Shown here: piece by piece, positions 39,314-48,111 of the stretch | Numbering within the stretch: the first letter of the stretch is position 1 | How the letters are laid out: each line of letters opens with the position of its first letter | Origin: Verrucomicrobiota bacterium | GTDB lineage: Bacteria; Verrucomicrobiota; Verrucomicrobiia; JABWAM01 | Assembly (NCBI GenBank): GCA_013288215.1 | Contig: JABDCI010000008.1 | Span: 1-54,597, forward strand | Reading direction: 5' to 3' | Length of the DNA: 54,597 nt | The notes under the pieces: generated by a model | What the model was told of the DNA's origin: nothing | Seen by the model: the letters and a program-made list of their open reading frames with translations, nothing else | The model's database searches: none | Program-made: the position numbers and the translations under genes

Positions 39314-39760
39314 ATGAATCGAACTCCTCCTCACACTCCCAGCGAAATCCTTCTGATTGAAGACAATCCCGGCGATGTACGTTTGACCCTTGAAGGATTA
39401 AAGAGCGACAAAATCAATATCAATGTCGTGAATGACGGAGCAGAGGCTCTGGTCTACCTCCGAAAAAAAGGAAGTTTTTCCTCCTCACCCCGCCCCGATC
39501 TGATTCTACTCGATCTCAATCTGCCAAAGAAAAACGGCCACGAAGTTCTGACTGAAATCAAAAATGACCCGGATTTGAAACGAATTCCAGTCGTCATCAT
39601 GACCGGCTCCCAAGCACAGGAAGACATCATCAAAAGTTATAAACTTCACGCAAACTGCTATGTCACCAAGCCTGTGGATGTGGACCAGTTTCTAAAGGTG
39701 GTCAAAACCATCCAGGAATTTTGGTTTACCATTGTGAAATTGCCACAAAATGAATCTTGA
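39314..39760 (+). CDS. Rcp1-type single-domain response regulator
   Basis: [41 protein letters not shown]. Confidence 0.92.
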   Translation: MNRTPPHTPSEILLIEDNPGDVRLTLEGLKSDKININVVNDGAEALVYLRKKGSFSSSPRPDLILLDLNLPKKNGHEVLTEIKNDPDLKRIPVVIMTGSQAQEDIIKSYKLHANCYVTKPVDVDQFLKVVKTIQEFWFTIVKLPQNES

Positions 39761-39787
39761 ATAAGAAACCTCGAGAAAATGTCGAAA

Positions 39788-39856
39788 TTGGCAACCCAAA
39801 TGACTCCGAATCGGAACCAAATCGTCTTCTGGTTTCAACAAGTGAATTTGTTGAAG
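39788..39856 (+). repeat. att-like repeat copy E
   Basis: TTGGCAACCCAAATGACTCCGAATCGGAACCAAATCGTCTTCTGGTTTCAACAAGTGAATTTGTTGAAG. Confidence 0.72.
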
Positions 39857-39892
39857 ACGGCAATATGCTAGCTTCGCAGAAGCTGCTCACCA

Positions 39893-40297
39893 TCAGCCAG
39901 TTTTAGTTTGAAAATGCTCTTTCAGAATCCTCTGGATTATCTCGGTGGTTAGGGGTTTAAGTTCGAAACCATTGACGGAGGCTTCTTGCGCTTTTTTTCT
40001 GTCTGCAGGGTTCAATGAAGTTGTGAGCATGATAATAACCGTTTGCGCTTTTTTATTGGGACTTAACTTGGTGTATTTTTCCAAGAATTCCCAACCGCTC
40101 ATGGTGGGCATGTTGATATCCAAAAATATCAGCTCTGTCGTTTGGTTTTCCCGATTTAGATAGTCCAAGGCTTCAGAACCACTTTCGGCAACATGAATAT
40201 GGTGCGCAATGTCCGCTTCCTTGAGTACGATCATGTGATAATAATTGTCATTCTCATTATCATCGATCAGCAGCACGCAATTTAATTTTTCAGGCAT
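39893..40297 (-). CDS. Single-domain response regulator
   Basis: LLIDDN, IFLDINMP, MLTTS, KPLT. Confidence 0.9.
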   Translation of the reverse strand: MPEKLNCVLLIDDNENDNYYHMIVLKEADIAHHIHVAESGSEALDYLNRENQTTELIFLDINMPTMSGWEFLEKYTKLSPNKKAQTVIIMLTTSLNPADRKKAQEASVNGFELKPLTTEIIQRILKEHFQTKTG

Positions 40298-41831
40298 TTG
40301 CAGCAGTTATTGGAATTGTGAAATAAAATGTACTGCCGTGTCCCAGTTGAGATTCCACCCAGATTTTTCCTCCATGAAAATCGATAATTTTTTTACAGTG
40401 AGCCAGACCTATCCCTGTGCCTTCATAAAGCTTCCTGGAGTGCAGTTTTCTGAAGATTGCAAAAATCCGTTCGTGATAAGCATCCTCAATTCCAATTCCA
40501 TTATCTTTTATTGAGAAAAGCCATTCTTTTTCGCTCGCTCGCGCTGAAACGGTAATGATCACAGGTGTGTCTGGCTTTCGAAATTTAATGGCATTGCTGA
40601 TAAGGTTTTGAAAAACCATTTTTAATTCCGAGAAGCCATTTAGGACCGGCAACGGTTTTATGCGAATTTCAGCCGAACTTTCCTTGATGGACGTGCTCAT
40701 GTTCTCCAAAACTTCTTGCATGAGCGCGTTGCAGTCCATCACGGCAATCCTTTTATCATGCCCCAGAACGGAGTAATCTAGCACTTCCTTGATGAGCGTG
40801 CGCATTCGATCCGCAGCACTGCTGATAATATCAAGATAGTTGTCCCCATCTTGATCCAACTTCCCTTTGTATTGCTTTTGAAGCAACCCCGTGAAATTGG
40901 AGATGGTTCTCAATGGCTCTTGCAAATCGTGTGAAGCAATATAGGCGTATTGCCCCAGCTCCTTGTTGGAGCGAATCAATTGTTCTGTCATTTGATTCAT
41001 GGCAACTGCGACACCTCCGATCTCATCGTCTGAAAACACGGTTGCCCGATCACCGAGGCTTCCTTTTGTAATGTTTTTTGCGGCTCGGCTGATCTCCTTC
41101 AGGCCTCTGGTAATGCTCCGGCTGACGATGATACTCAATGAAAGTCCGGTAATTTCAACCGTCAATGCAACAATGAATAACAGATCTAAAATAAGATGTT
41201 CTAGCCAACGCGATCCCTCCCCCAATGTGTAAGAAAAATTATCTTCAAGCGTTGTAAGATTCTCATTTATAGGATCTATCTCTGCAGTAAAGAGATCCAA
41301 TTTAACTTTAGATGTGGATGCCGACGTGATCTCCTCGTGTAATTTTTCACTAATTGGAATCAATTTTTCTAACAAGGCGTCCCCATCCCCCCAAAAGGCA
41401 AGCGCTTTTTTTAGATAATAAATTTCATGAAATCTTCGTATCAACCTTGTAATTCCGTCAATATCATCAGAGTGGATGCGTCCTTCCAAAAATCCATTGC
41501 GTATGATCTCAAGATTGGGATTTTTTTTTAACAATTCTAATCGGGCTTGATGATCGCCCCACGGCACTCTCATGAATCTATGAAATGCTTGATAAGCAGT
41601 TTCATTATGCGTCCGAGAATATTTCTCCAACTCAAAGACGGCATCCTTTTGTGCTTTGGACCACAAACCTTCGCCTCCCACAAGAGCTCTGAGAGAAGAA
41701 AGAGTATGAATGGAAAACCAAAGCGTGAGTAGCTCCAGAACAACCAATATAGCCATCGCGCCGACGATAAAATAGAGTTTCTTGCTAATGGAGATATCTC
41801 TTAGCCTTGAAAATCCCAGAAAATGGTCCAT
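40290..41831 (-). CDS. HAMP-domain sensor histidine kinase
   Basis: Two TM segments, GEGLWSKAQK sensor region, HAMP (DEIG), YIASHDLQEPLR, GTGIGLAHCKKI. Confidence 0.9.
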   Translation of the reverse strand: MDHFLGFSRLRDISISKKLYFIVGAMAILVVLELLTLWFSIHTLSSLRALVGGEGLWSKAQKDAVFELEKYSRTHNETAYQAFHRFMRVPWGDHQARLELLKKNPNLEIIRNGFLEGRIHSDDIDGITRLIRRFHEIYYLKKALAFWGDGDALLEKLIPISEKLHEEITSASTSKVKLDLFTAEIDPINENLTTLEDNFSYTLGEGSRWLEHLILDLLFIVALTVEITGLSLSIIVSRSITRGLKEISRAAKNITKGSLGDRATVFSDDEIGGVAVAMNQMTEQLIRSNKELGQYAYIASHDLQEPLRTISNFTGLLQKQYKGKLDQDGDNYLDIISSAADRMRTLIKEVLDYSVLGHDKRIAVMDCNALMQEVLENMSTSIKESSAEIRIKPLPVLNGFSELKMVFQNLISNAIKFRKPDTPVIITVSARASEKEWLFSIKDNGIGIEDAYHERIFAIFRKLHSRKLYEGTGIGLAHCKKIIDFHGGKIWVESQLGHGSTFYFTIPITAANA

Positions 41832-41851
41832 ATGCAAATGTGCTAATTTTA

Positions 41852-41960
41852 GCTTTGCCCCTGTTTATGGTAAAGAGCCGAAGCGCCCCTGGTAACCCTA
41901 ACAAGTGCGAGTTGGAACCAAATCATTTCTTGATTGAGAGAGTTACACTCGCTTAGGGAA
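41852..41960 (+). repeat. att-like repeat copy F (long form)
   Basis: GCTTTGCCCCTGTTTATGGTAAAGAGCCGAAGCGCCCCTGGTAACCCTAACAAGTGCGAGTTGGAACCAAATCATTTCTTGATTGAGAGAG. Confidence 0.9.
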
Positions 41961-42007
41961 TCGCCGAAATAATATGTGCCCCTTCAATGGAGAACTTCCC
42001 TAACGGT

Positions 42008-43138
42008 CTACCGGCCCAAAAAAGGCGGACCGCCCTCATGCGTCGACGTAATGGATTGGGCCACTTCGGGATGGTCCTTTGTGATAGCGAGCAGCCGCTC
42101 TGTTGCCGCTTTCGTGGGCACACGCTTCCCCATGGAGCGAAGGACCGCCCGGTAGCAATCCGCAGCTGTGGCGTATTGATCGGCTTTCTCGAGATTTTGA
42201 CCTGCGACGAAGGCACTGATGCCTGCGAATTCCGAATCCGCATATCCTAACACGATCCCATAATTCCCGGCGTAGCCTCGCGCTACACCCAGAGCCTTAA
42301 GGTACTCGAGCGTCTTTGCCCATTCACCCCGCTCGGCCGCGGCATCGGCCAACCCTTCGAGCTTTGCGACGACGGTTTCGCCCTTAGCGGTCGAAAACTC
42401 TGGCAGATCAAATCGCGTCACCAGACTCGTCGCAAGGATCTGCTCTCGAATCGGCGCAAGTTTGTCCTGCCATGGGCTAGAAGAGATGGCACCGCGGAAA
42501 AGCGTGACGCTGGATGGATCTCCAGCGCGCATCGCTACTTCCATAGAGTTTAACTCTGCGACAAGATTGAAGATCGATTGTTGGGAAGATCCCAAAGATG
42601 AAACAACTCGGCTAAGACGCTCGATCTTCATACGTGCATCCGTGATATCGGAGGGCGACTTGATCGAGGCCACAATCTGGTCAACCTGTTTGATGATTGG
42701 GTCGTCGATCTCCTCGTTGGAAACCAATTTCTGCAACAAAGCCTGCCGTTTCGTTTTTACCAGGTCCGCCGGGAGCCAGGACAGATCCTGATTGAAGGAG
42801 TCACGCTCCATTTCCTGCAACCGTTGCAGCGCTGCTGAAACAGAACCCTGCTCCTCTAGCACCAATATTTGGGACCAGCGCTGAGCGGTTCTGCGAAAGG
42901 CTTGGATGCGCTCGTTCTGAAGGTTCTGGTTTTCGGCGTTCCCTTTTCTGAGTTCGGACATGAGGCCATTGAGGGCGTCGGTGGCTTCACGAACCTCGGC
43001 GCTGGTGTGTGCGGACGCGATCTTCTGTCCGAGATCTTTGAGGCGCTGCTCCGGATCATCCTTCTTTTCGATTTCCTGGGCCGACACGGTCAACGCACAG
43101 AGCAACACCAGTGCAAACAGGAAACGAGGAATCTTCAT
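42008..43138 (-). CDS. Hypothetical secreted alpha-helical protein
   Basis: Signal peptide MKIPRFLFALVLLCALTVSAQ and a long open frame. No family recognised. Confidence 0.7.
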   Translation of the reverse strand: MKIPRFLFALVLLCALTVSAQEIEKKDDPEQRLKDLGQKIASAHTSAEVREATDALNGLMSELRKGNAENQNLQNERIQAFRRTAQRWSQILVLEEQGSVSAALQRLQEMERDSFNQDLSWLPADLVKTKRQALLQKLVSNEEIDDPIIKQVDQIVASIKSPSDITDARMKIERLSRVVSSLGSSQQSIFNLVAELNSMEVAMRAGDPSSVTLFRGAISSSPWQDKLAPIREQILATSLVTRFDLPEFSTAKGETVVAKLEGLADAAAERGEWAKTLEYLKALGVARGYAGNYGIVLGYADSEFAGISAFVAGQNLEKADQYATAADCYRAVLRSMGKRVPTKAATERLLAITKDHPEVAQSITSTHEGGPPFLGR

Positions 43139-43147
43139 AGGCGAGAT

Positions 43148-43190
43148 CATTCCTCCCACTCTTTGCTGCGGTCAAGGTCAAAGCCAAAAG
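43148..43190. repeat. ~43-bp dispersed repeat type 2, copy 2; promoter-like for the 42008-43138 gene
   Basis: See 31911-31953. The minus strand reads TTGACCTTGACC...AATGAT, 7 nt before the ATG. Confidence 0.7.
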
Positions 43191-43242
43191 GTTGAAATTT
43201 GGTCCTTTGATGTTCATGAGCGACAGCTCTGAGCGTTCCACT

Positions 43243-43304
43243 TAACCCTTACGGTTGCGAGACTGAACCAGATCATTTCTTGGTTGTGGGAAGTGAACTG
43301 TTGA
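43243..43304 (+). repeat. att-like repeat copy G
   Basis: TAACCCTTACGGTTGCGAGACTGAACCAGATCATTTCTTGGTTGTGGGAAGTGAACTGTTGA. Confidence 0.9.
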
Positions 43305-43439
43305 GTTGCGGATTTTCAGACCGGACGCGGTCAGCGAAAAAACGACGGGCCATCTTTAGGAATCTGATCTTGTTTCCTGAAAATGTTTCCGTTCACATAG
43401 CCGAGCCGCCGGCATCATCATCCGTTTCGCTTTTTTACC

Positions 43440-44840
43440 ATGCTGTTCAACACGGGCGCATTCATCTTTCTTTTTCTTCCGGCGATCCTGCTTATTTTCC
43501 GCTTTCTTGCTTCGCGCCGGTGGATTCGGATGAGCCTCTCGGCTTTGCTTCTGGCTTCGTGCATCTTTTATGCTTGGGCAAATCCGGTCTTTGTCTGGAT
43601 TCCCCTCGTGAGCGGCGCGTTCAATTTTTTTTGGGGCCGAAGGCTCAGAATGTCACCTATCCGGACAAATCTTTACATTGGGCTCGCCTTCAATCTGGGA
43701 CTGCTCGGCTATTGGAAATACGCGAATTTCATCGGCGCCACGCTCCTGCAGGCCGGAGTGATCCACGCGACCTGGGCGAAAGTCATCCTTCCGATCGGGA
43801 TTTCCTTTTACACTTTCAAGGGCATCGCCTATCTGCTGGACACTTACCGTGGGTCAGAGGTTGTGGCGGGATCGGATTCGTTTCTTCATTTCCTCCTCTA
43901 TTTTCTTTTTTTCCCGGACGCGATTGCGGGGCCGATCGTCCGGCACTATCAGTTCCTGCCGCAGCTTTCGTCAGACATCTTTCGTTTTGACAATGAGCAT
44001 TTTTCGCGGGGTTTCGTCCTTTTCAATATTGGCCTATTCAAGAAGCTGGTGATCGCGGACCGGCTCGCCCGATGGGTTCACGATCCTTTTGTGCAGGTGC
44101 ATCAGCTCGCCTTTTTTTCGTCGTGGACGGCGGCCGTGACCTTCGGCCTTCAGCTCTACTTCGACTTTTCCGCTTATTCCGACATGGCGATCGGAATCGC
44201 CCGGATGTTCAACATCGAGCTCCCGATCAATTTCGATTCTCCCTACAAATCGAAAAGCATCATTGAATTCTGGCGGCGCTGGCACATCACGCTCTCCTTT
44301 TTCCTGCGCGACTATCTCTACATCCCCCTTGGCGGAAACCGCCGCGGCACCTCACGACAGGTGATCAACCTATGGACCACCATGCTGATCGGCGGCCTCT
44401 GGCATGGCGCAAACTGGACCTACGTCCTGTGGGGCGCGTGGCATGGGTTGATGATTTCCCTGAATCACCTCTGGGGTCTGCGGGGAAGAGCCTTGCCGGG
44501 ATGGCTGGGTCAAACAGTGACGCTCGCGGGAGTTGTCTTCGGATGGGCGATCTTTCGTTCTGCCTCCCTCACGGACATCGCAAGTTTCGCGCAAGACATG
44601 ACGGGTCTCAAAGGGCTTTACTGCACGTCGACTTCATCCGGCGATCCCTTCCTTCCCCATTTCACGCAGAAAGCATGGCTCATCACCACGGGATCCTTCG
44701 CGCTCTGGGCACCCAACTCCCAGCAAATCACGGCGCGATTCCGGCCGGTCCCCTGGATGATCGCGCTTGTCATCCTGCTCTTCCTGAAAAACTGCCTTTC
44801 CCTCAACTCCATCACGGAATTTCTTTATTACAAATTTTAA
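43440..44840 (+). CDS. MBOAT family O-acyltransferase (AlgI/PatA/DltB-like)
   Basis: LPIGISFYTF, AGPIVR, GLFKKLVIAD, QLYFDFSAYSDMAIG, EFWRRWHITLS, GLWHGA. Confidence 0.95.
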   Translation: MLFNTGAFIFLFLPAILLIFRFLASRRWIRMSLSALLLASCIFYAWANPVFVWIPLVSGAFNFFWGRRLRMSPIRTNLYIGLAFNLGLLGYWKYANFIGATLLQAGVIHATWAKVILPIGISFYTFKGIAYLLDTYRGSEVVAGSDSFLHFLLYFLFFPDAIAGPIVRHYQFLPQLSSDIFRFDNEHFSRGFVLFNIGLFKKLVIADRLARWVHDPFVQVHQLAFFSSWTAAVTFGLQLYFDFSAYSDMAIGIARMFNIELPINFDSPYKSKSIIEFWRRWHITLSFFLRDYLYIPLGGNRRGTSRQVINLWTTMLIGGLWHGANWTYVLWGAWHGLMISLNHLWGLRGRALPGWLGQTVTLAGVVFGWAIFRSASLTDIASFAQDMTGLKGLYCTSTSSGDPFLPHFTQKAWLITTGSFALWAPNSQQITARFRPVPWMIALVILLFLKNCLSLNSITEFLYYKF

Positions 44841-44844
44841 CTCT

Positions 44845-45927
44845 ATGAGTTCCGATCCAGGCTGGCGAAGGGCTTCGATTATTTTTTCAACAAGCCTCCT
44901 TGCGATGGGGATTTTCCACCTCAGCATGTGGTTCGCCTTCACTCGTCACCTGCTGCGGCCTGAAGTTGGAGATCTGAAAAGGATGGGCTATTTGGTGGGC
45001 CTTGAAGATCACAAACCTAAATTCAACGAGGCGTCCACGGGAGCGGAAGCCGTTTTTGACGCCAGGAGTTTCGAGCCTGATCAGAACTATCCCATTATGA
45101 TGTGGGGTGATTCCTTTATGGGACCCATCGCCTCGACAATCGGCTCACAAACGGGCGCAAGAATTCTCATCTTCAATGCCACAGGCAGCGGCCAGAGCCT
45201 CACGGCACAAATCCGCCGCCTGGCGGATGAAGGCGTATTTCGAAAACACCAAACCAGGATTGTGATGATTGAGCTCGTCGAATTCAATATTCTCGAGGCT
45301 CTTTCCTCAGACAGGACGGCGTGGCCCGACGTGACCTTCGCTGAATATCTCCGTCAGCAAACGATGGGCGATCCGCGCAACAATGTAGAGGAAAAACCCG
45401 TGACCTTCGCCAACAACGGAAACTTCAAAATCCTCACGTACAACTTTTGCTATTTATTTTCACCCAATGCCTTCGGCATGTCCGCCACTTATCGCGTTCC
45501 CATGACGCGCAAATTGTTTTCCTGTTCTTACGGGGATGAGTTGTTGTTTTATAACCTGGACCTTCTGAATGGACTCAATCCCTCCAACCGTCTTCTCGAG
45601 CCCCTGGTCCAAAATTGTCTCGCGCTTGCGGAACGCCTTCGAAAGGAGGGTGTGGCCCTTTATCTTTTACCGTGCCCGGACAAGGCCGACCTTTATTATC
45701 CCTATATCCGAAACCCATTCTATGCAGAAAACAGGCTTCTGGATATTTTATCGGAGCGATTCGACAGAACCGCGGTCAAATTCATTCCAACCAAGAAATT
45801 TTTAAGGACTGTTCTCACAAATGGTCAGGTTGATTTGTATTATGCGGATGACATTCACTGGTCGCCAATCACGCCTCCCCTGGTGATCGAAAAGATTCGC
45901 GGAACCCTTCTTAAAGACCTTAGGTGA
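44845..45927 (+). CDS. AlgJ/AlgX-like SGNH O-acetyltransferase partner
   Basis: N-terminal TM, WGDSF, PDK motif, C-terminal DDIHWS. Lies 4 bp after the MBOAT gene. Confidence 0.78.
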   Translation: MSSDPGWRRASIIFSTSLLAMGIFHLSMWFAFTRHLLRPEVGDLKRMGYLVGLEDHKPKFNEASTGAEAVFDARSFEPDQNYPIMMWGDSFMGPIASTIGSQTGARILIFNATGSGQSLTAQIRRLADEGVFRKHQTRIVMIELVEFNILEALSSDRTAWPDVTFAEYLRQQTMGDPRNNVEEKPVTFANNGNFKILTYNFCYLFSPNAFGMSATYRVPMTRKLFSCSYGDELLFYNLDLLNGLNPSNRLLEPLVQNCLALAERLRKEGVALYLLPCPDKADLYYPYIRNPFYAENRLLDILSERFDRTAVKFIPTKKFLRTVLTNGQVDLYYADDIHWSPITPPLVIEKIRGTLLKDLR

Positions 45928-45960
45928 CAGGCTGCCCAGTAGTTGCTGAGGTTTTAAACG

Positions 45961-46060
45961 GCTTTGCCCCTGTTTATGATGAAGAGCTGAAGAGCCCTGG
46001 TAGCCCTTACGGTTGCGAGATTGAACTAAATCGCCTCTTTGCTGAGGGAAGTCGATTTAA
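45961..46060 (+). repeat. att-like repeat copy H (long form)
   Basis: GCTTTGCCCCTGTTTATGATGAAGAGCTGAAGAGCCCTGGTAGCCCTTACGGTTGCGAGATTGAACTAAATCGCCTCTTTGCTGAGGGAAGTCG. Confidence 0.92.
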
Positions 46061-46172
46061 TCAAAGAGGCTGTTTAGAACATCCAGAGCTCAGACACGCG
46101 GGACCAAAAAATGTTGTAAACCGCGAAACGGAACTTGAGACGCCATCCCGCGTTACCTGCAGCGATTAGGCA

Positions 46173-46625
46173 TCATGGTGGTGGAATCTCCGGCGTCTCC
46201 GCGTGCTCTGACCAGAAAATGCCAAGCAGCTTGATACGCTCTCTAAATGTCTCCCAATCTACCGGCTTGGTGATGTACGAATTCACGCCGAGAGCGTAGG
46301 CTCTCTTAACGTCCTGTTGCAACGAGGAGGACGACATGACCACGACCGGAATCAAACGCTCGTCGCCGGGAGACTCGGAATGCAACCACTCCAGGAAATC
46401 GAAGCCAGAGAATCCGGGCATCTTCAAGTCCAAGAGAATGACGTCGGGCAGCGGATGCTTGTGGCGGTCTGCGTACTCTCCCTCGCCAATCAAATAGCGG
46501 ACAGCCTTTCTGCCATCACCGACATGGACAAGGCGCAAATGTGGGGCACGCTTGAACTCTCGCTCGACCAAGAACACGTCGTTCGGGTTATCTTCCACCA
46601 GTAGAAATGTCGTTGTCGTTGTCAT
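46173..46625 (-). CDS. Rcp1-type single-domain response regulator
   Basis: LLVEDNPND, PDVILLDLKMP, GVNSYITKPVD, FW. Confidence 0.9.
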   Translation of the reverse strand: MTTTTTFLLVEDNPNDVFLVEREFKRAPHLRLVHVGDGRKAVRYLIGEGEYADRHKHPLPDVILLDLKMPGFSGFDFLEWLHSESPGDERLIPVVVMSSSSLQQDVKRAYALGVNSYITKPVDWETFRERIKLLGIFWSEHAETPEIPPP

Positions 46626-46930
46626 ACGCGTGAATGATGCCTAACATTGTTGAGGCAGAAATTTTTCCGAGCGGGCAAGCCGGCTTTCGCGCATTTTTTC
46701 AACAATTCGACACCTGATAGCGTCCCTTAAATTGAGCTTAAGGGATTACCTGATTTTATCGTTTACACTTGCAGTAAAAATTCCCCTTTAAATAATGATC
46801 GAGCATGAATTTTTCTGGCGCAAGGAATATTTCATAGGTGGCAATGGAAAAACTGCAACTTACAAGCAGGTTAAACCAAATTATATGAACCTTTACCTAG
46901 GACCTGCGCAAGTCCTGATGCGCCCTGGAC

Positions 46931-47368
46931 ATGCCCTTTCAACAAAGAACTTTCGTCATCGTTGACGATAATCTCTCAGACGCTTTCCTGTTAAAAAATG
47001 CGATTTGCGAGAGACAAGAAGGCGCCAATTGCACAGTCGTGACCAGTTGGACAGAATTAAGCCAAGTCATTAAAATACAGGAGGATTTTGTCCCTGACAT
47101 CTTCATTATCGACTTCTATCTTCCCAAAGAAAATGGACTCATGATCGTCCAATTGCTGCGAAAAATGTCTCAATTCACCACGACTCCGATTTGTGTTTTC
47201 TCGGGTTCCTTCTCTCCCACCCTCTCTGATGAACTGCGTACAGTCGGCGCTACTGCTTGCATCCTGAAGCCGTATGCAATCAAAGGATTTAAGTCTGTTG
47301 CCGAACAAGTATTGAACATTGTTTCTCTGCACAACTCTGACCTGGCATCAAGCGGCTCGAAATCCTAG
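46931..47368 (+). CDS. Single-domain response regulator
   Basis: VIVDDN, IIDFYLPKENG, ILKP. Confidence 0.82.
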   Translation: MPFQQRTFVIVDDNLSDAFLLKNAICERQEGANCTVVTSWTELSQVIKIQEDFVPDIFIIDFYLPKENGLMIVQLLRKMSQFTTTPICVFSGSFSPTLSDELRTVGATACILKPYAIKGFKSVAEQVLNIVSLHNSDLASSGSKS

Positions 47369-47436
47369 ATTCACATCCATTGGAGTCCCGTCAAATCTGT
47401 CGTTCAAGGGATGAAGATTTTTTTCAGGAAATCAAA

Positions 47437-47505
47437 ATGGTAGCCCTAACGAGTCCGAGTTGAAACCAGATCGCCTCTTGGTTAAGGGAAATGAGTCTGC
47501 TTAAG
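47437..47505 (+). repeat. att-like repeat copy I
   Basis: ATGGTAGCCCTAACGAGTCCGAGTTGAAACCAGATCGCCTCTTGGTTAAGGGAAATGAGTCTGCTTAAG. Confidence 0.9.
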
Positions 47506-47669
47506 GAGGAACAATAGACGCTTTCTTTCTAAATAACATTTTCGCGACCATAGAGCAATCGCCCGGAGCAGCCATTCAATGGTTGCTCTCAAAAATTGTA
47601 TCCACCGAATAAGGACCTCTTTAAATTTACTTGCAAATCTTTTGCGTTTAAGTTAAGAGTCTATCAGAG

Positions 47670-48044
47670 ATGAAAGGTGCTTCTTTCTGTAAAGTATTTA
47701 TTGCGCTTTTTTGCCTCCTCGTGACAGGAGCACAGACTACCTTTCCCTCCCTTCATCAATGGCAAGAAACTAGAGAAGACGATGCTCTTTCGATATCGGC
47801 CACCATTCAGTGGGAAAGCCTTTCAAATTCTTCAGCTCCTAAAGAACACCATCACGATCCCGATCACTGTTTGATTTGCCAGACCATTGCCCATCACCTT
47901 TCTTATGCAACGGTCTCCGTTTTCACTTCTTCAATTTGCTACGAACCCACGTTTGAAGTTTCAGTCCTAAAAGAGCAACATCGTCACTCGTTCCTCAGAG
48001 ATCAGCTTTCTCTAGCCCGCGCTCCTCCGCACCTCGCCGTTTAA
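47670..48044 (+). CDS. DUF2946/CruR-like leader protein (TM, His-rich CxxC, C-terminal RAPP)
   Basis: Hydrophobic N-terminus, HHHDPDHCLICQ, ends ARAPPHLAV. Lies 67 bp upstream of a TonB-dependent receptor. Confidence 0.8.
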   Translation: MKGASFCKVFIALFCLLVTGAQTTFPSLHQWQETREDDALSISATIQWESLSNSSAPKEHHHDPDHCLICQTIAHHLSYATVSVFTSSICYEPTFEVSVLKEQHRHSFLRDQLSLARAPPHLAV

Positions 48045-48111
48045 TTGCAAGGTGCCTTTTGTCCGTCGTCGCGTCGGACAAATGTGAATTCGTTAACTTG
48101 GAGGAGGAGAT

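Noticed and set aside
45990-46060. Intact tRNA gene at the repeat copies
   Set aside because: Only a ~15-nt 3' end matches. The adjacent sequence gives no D-arm, anticodon arm or complementary 5' acceptor strand.
46855-46890. Possible additional att-like copy (CTTACAAGCAGGTTAAACCAAATTAT) between the two divergent response regulators
   Set aside because: It needs gaps and lacks the downstream TCTTGGTT block, so it is too weak to count without a profile search.
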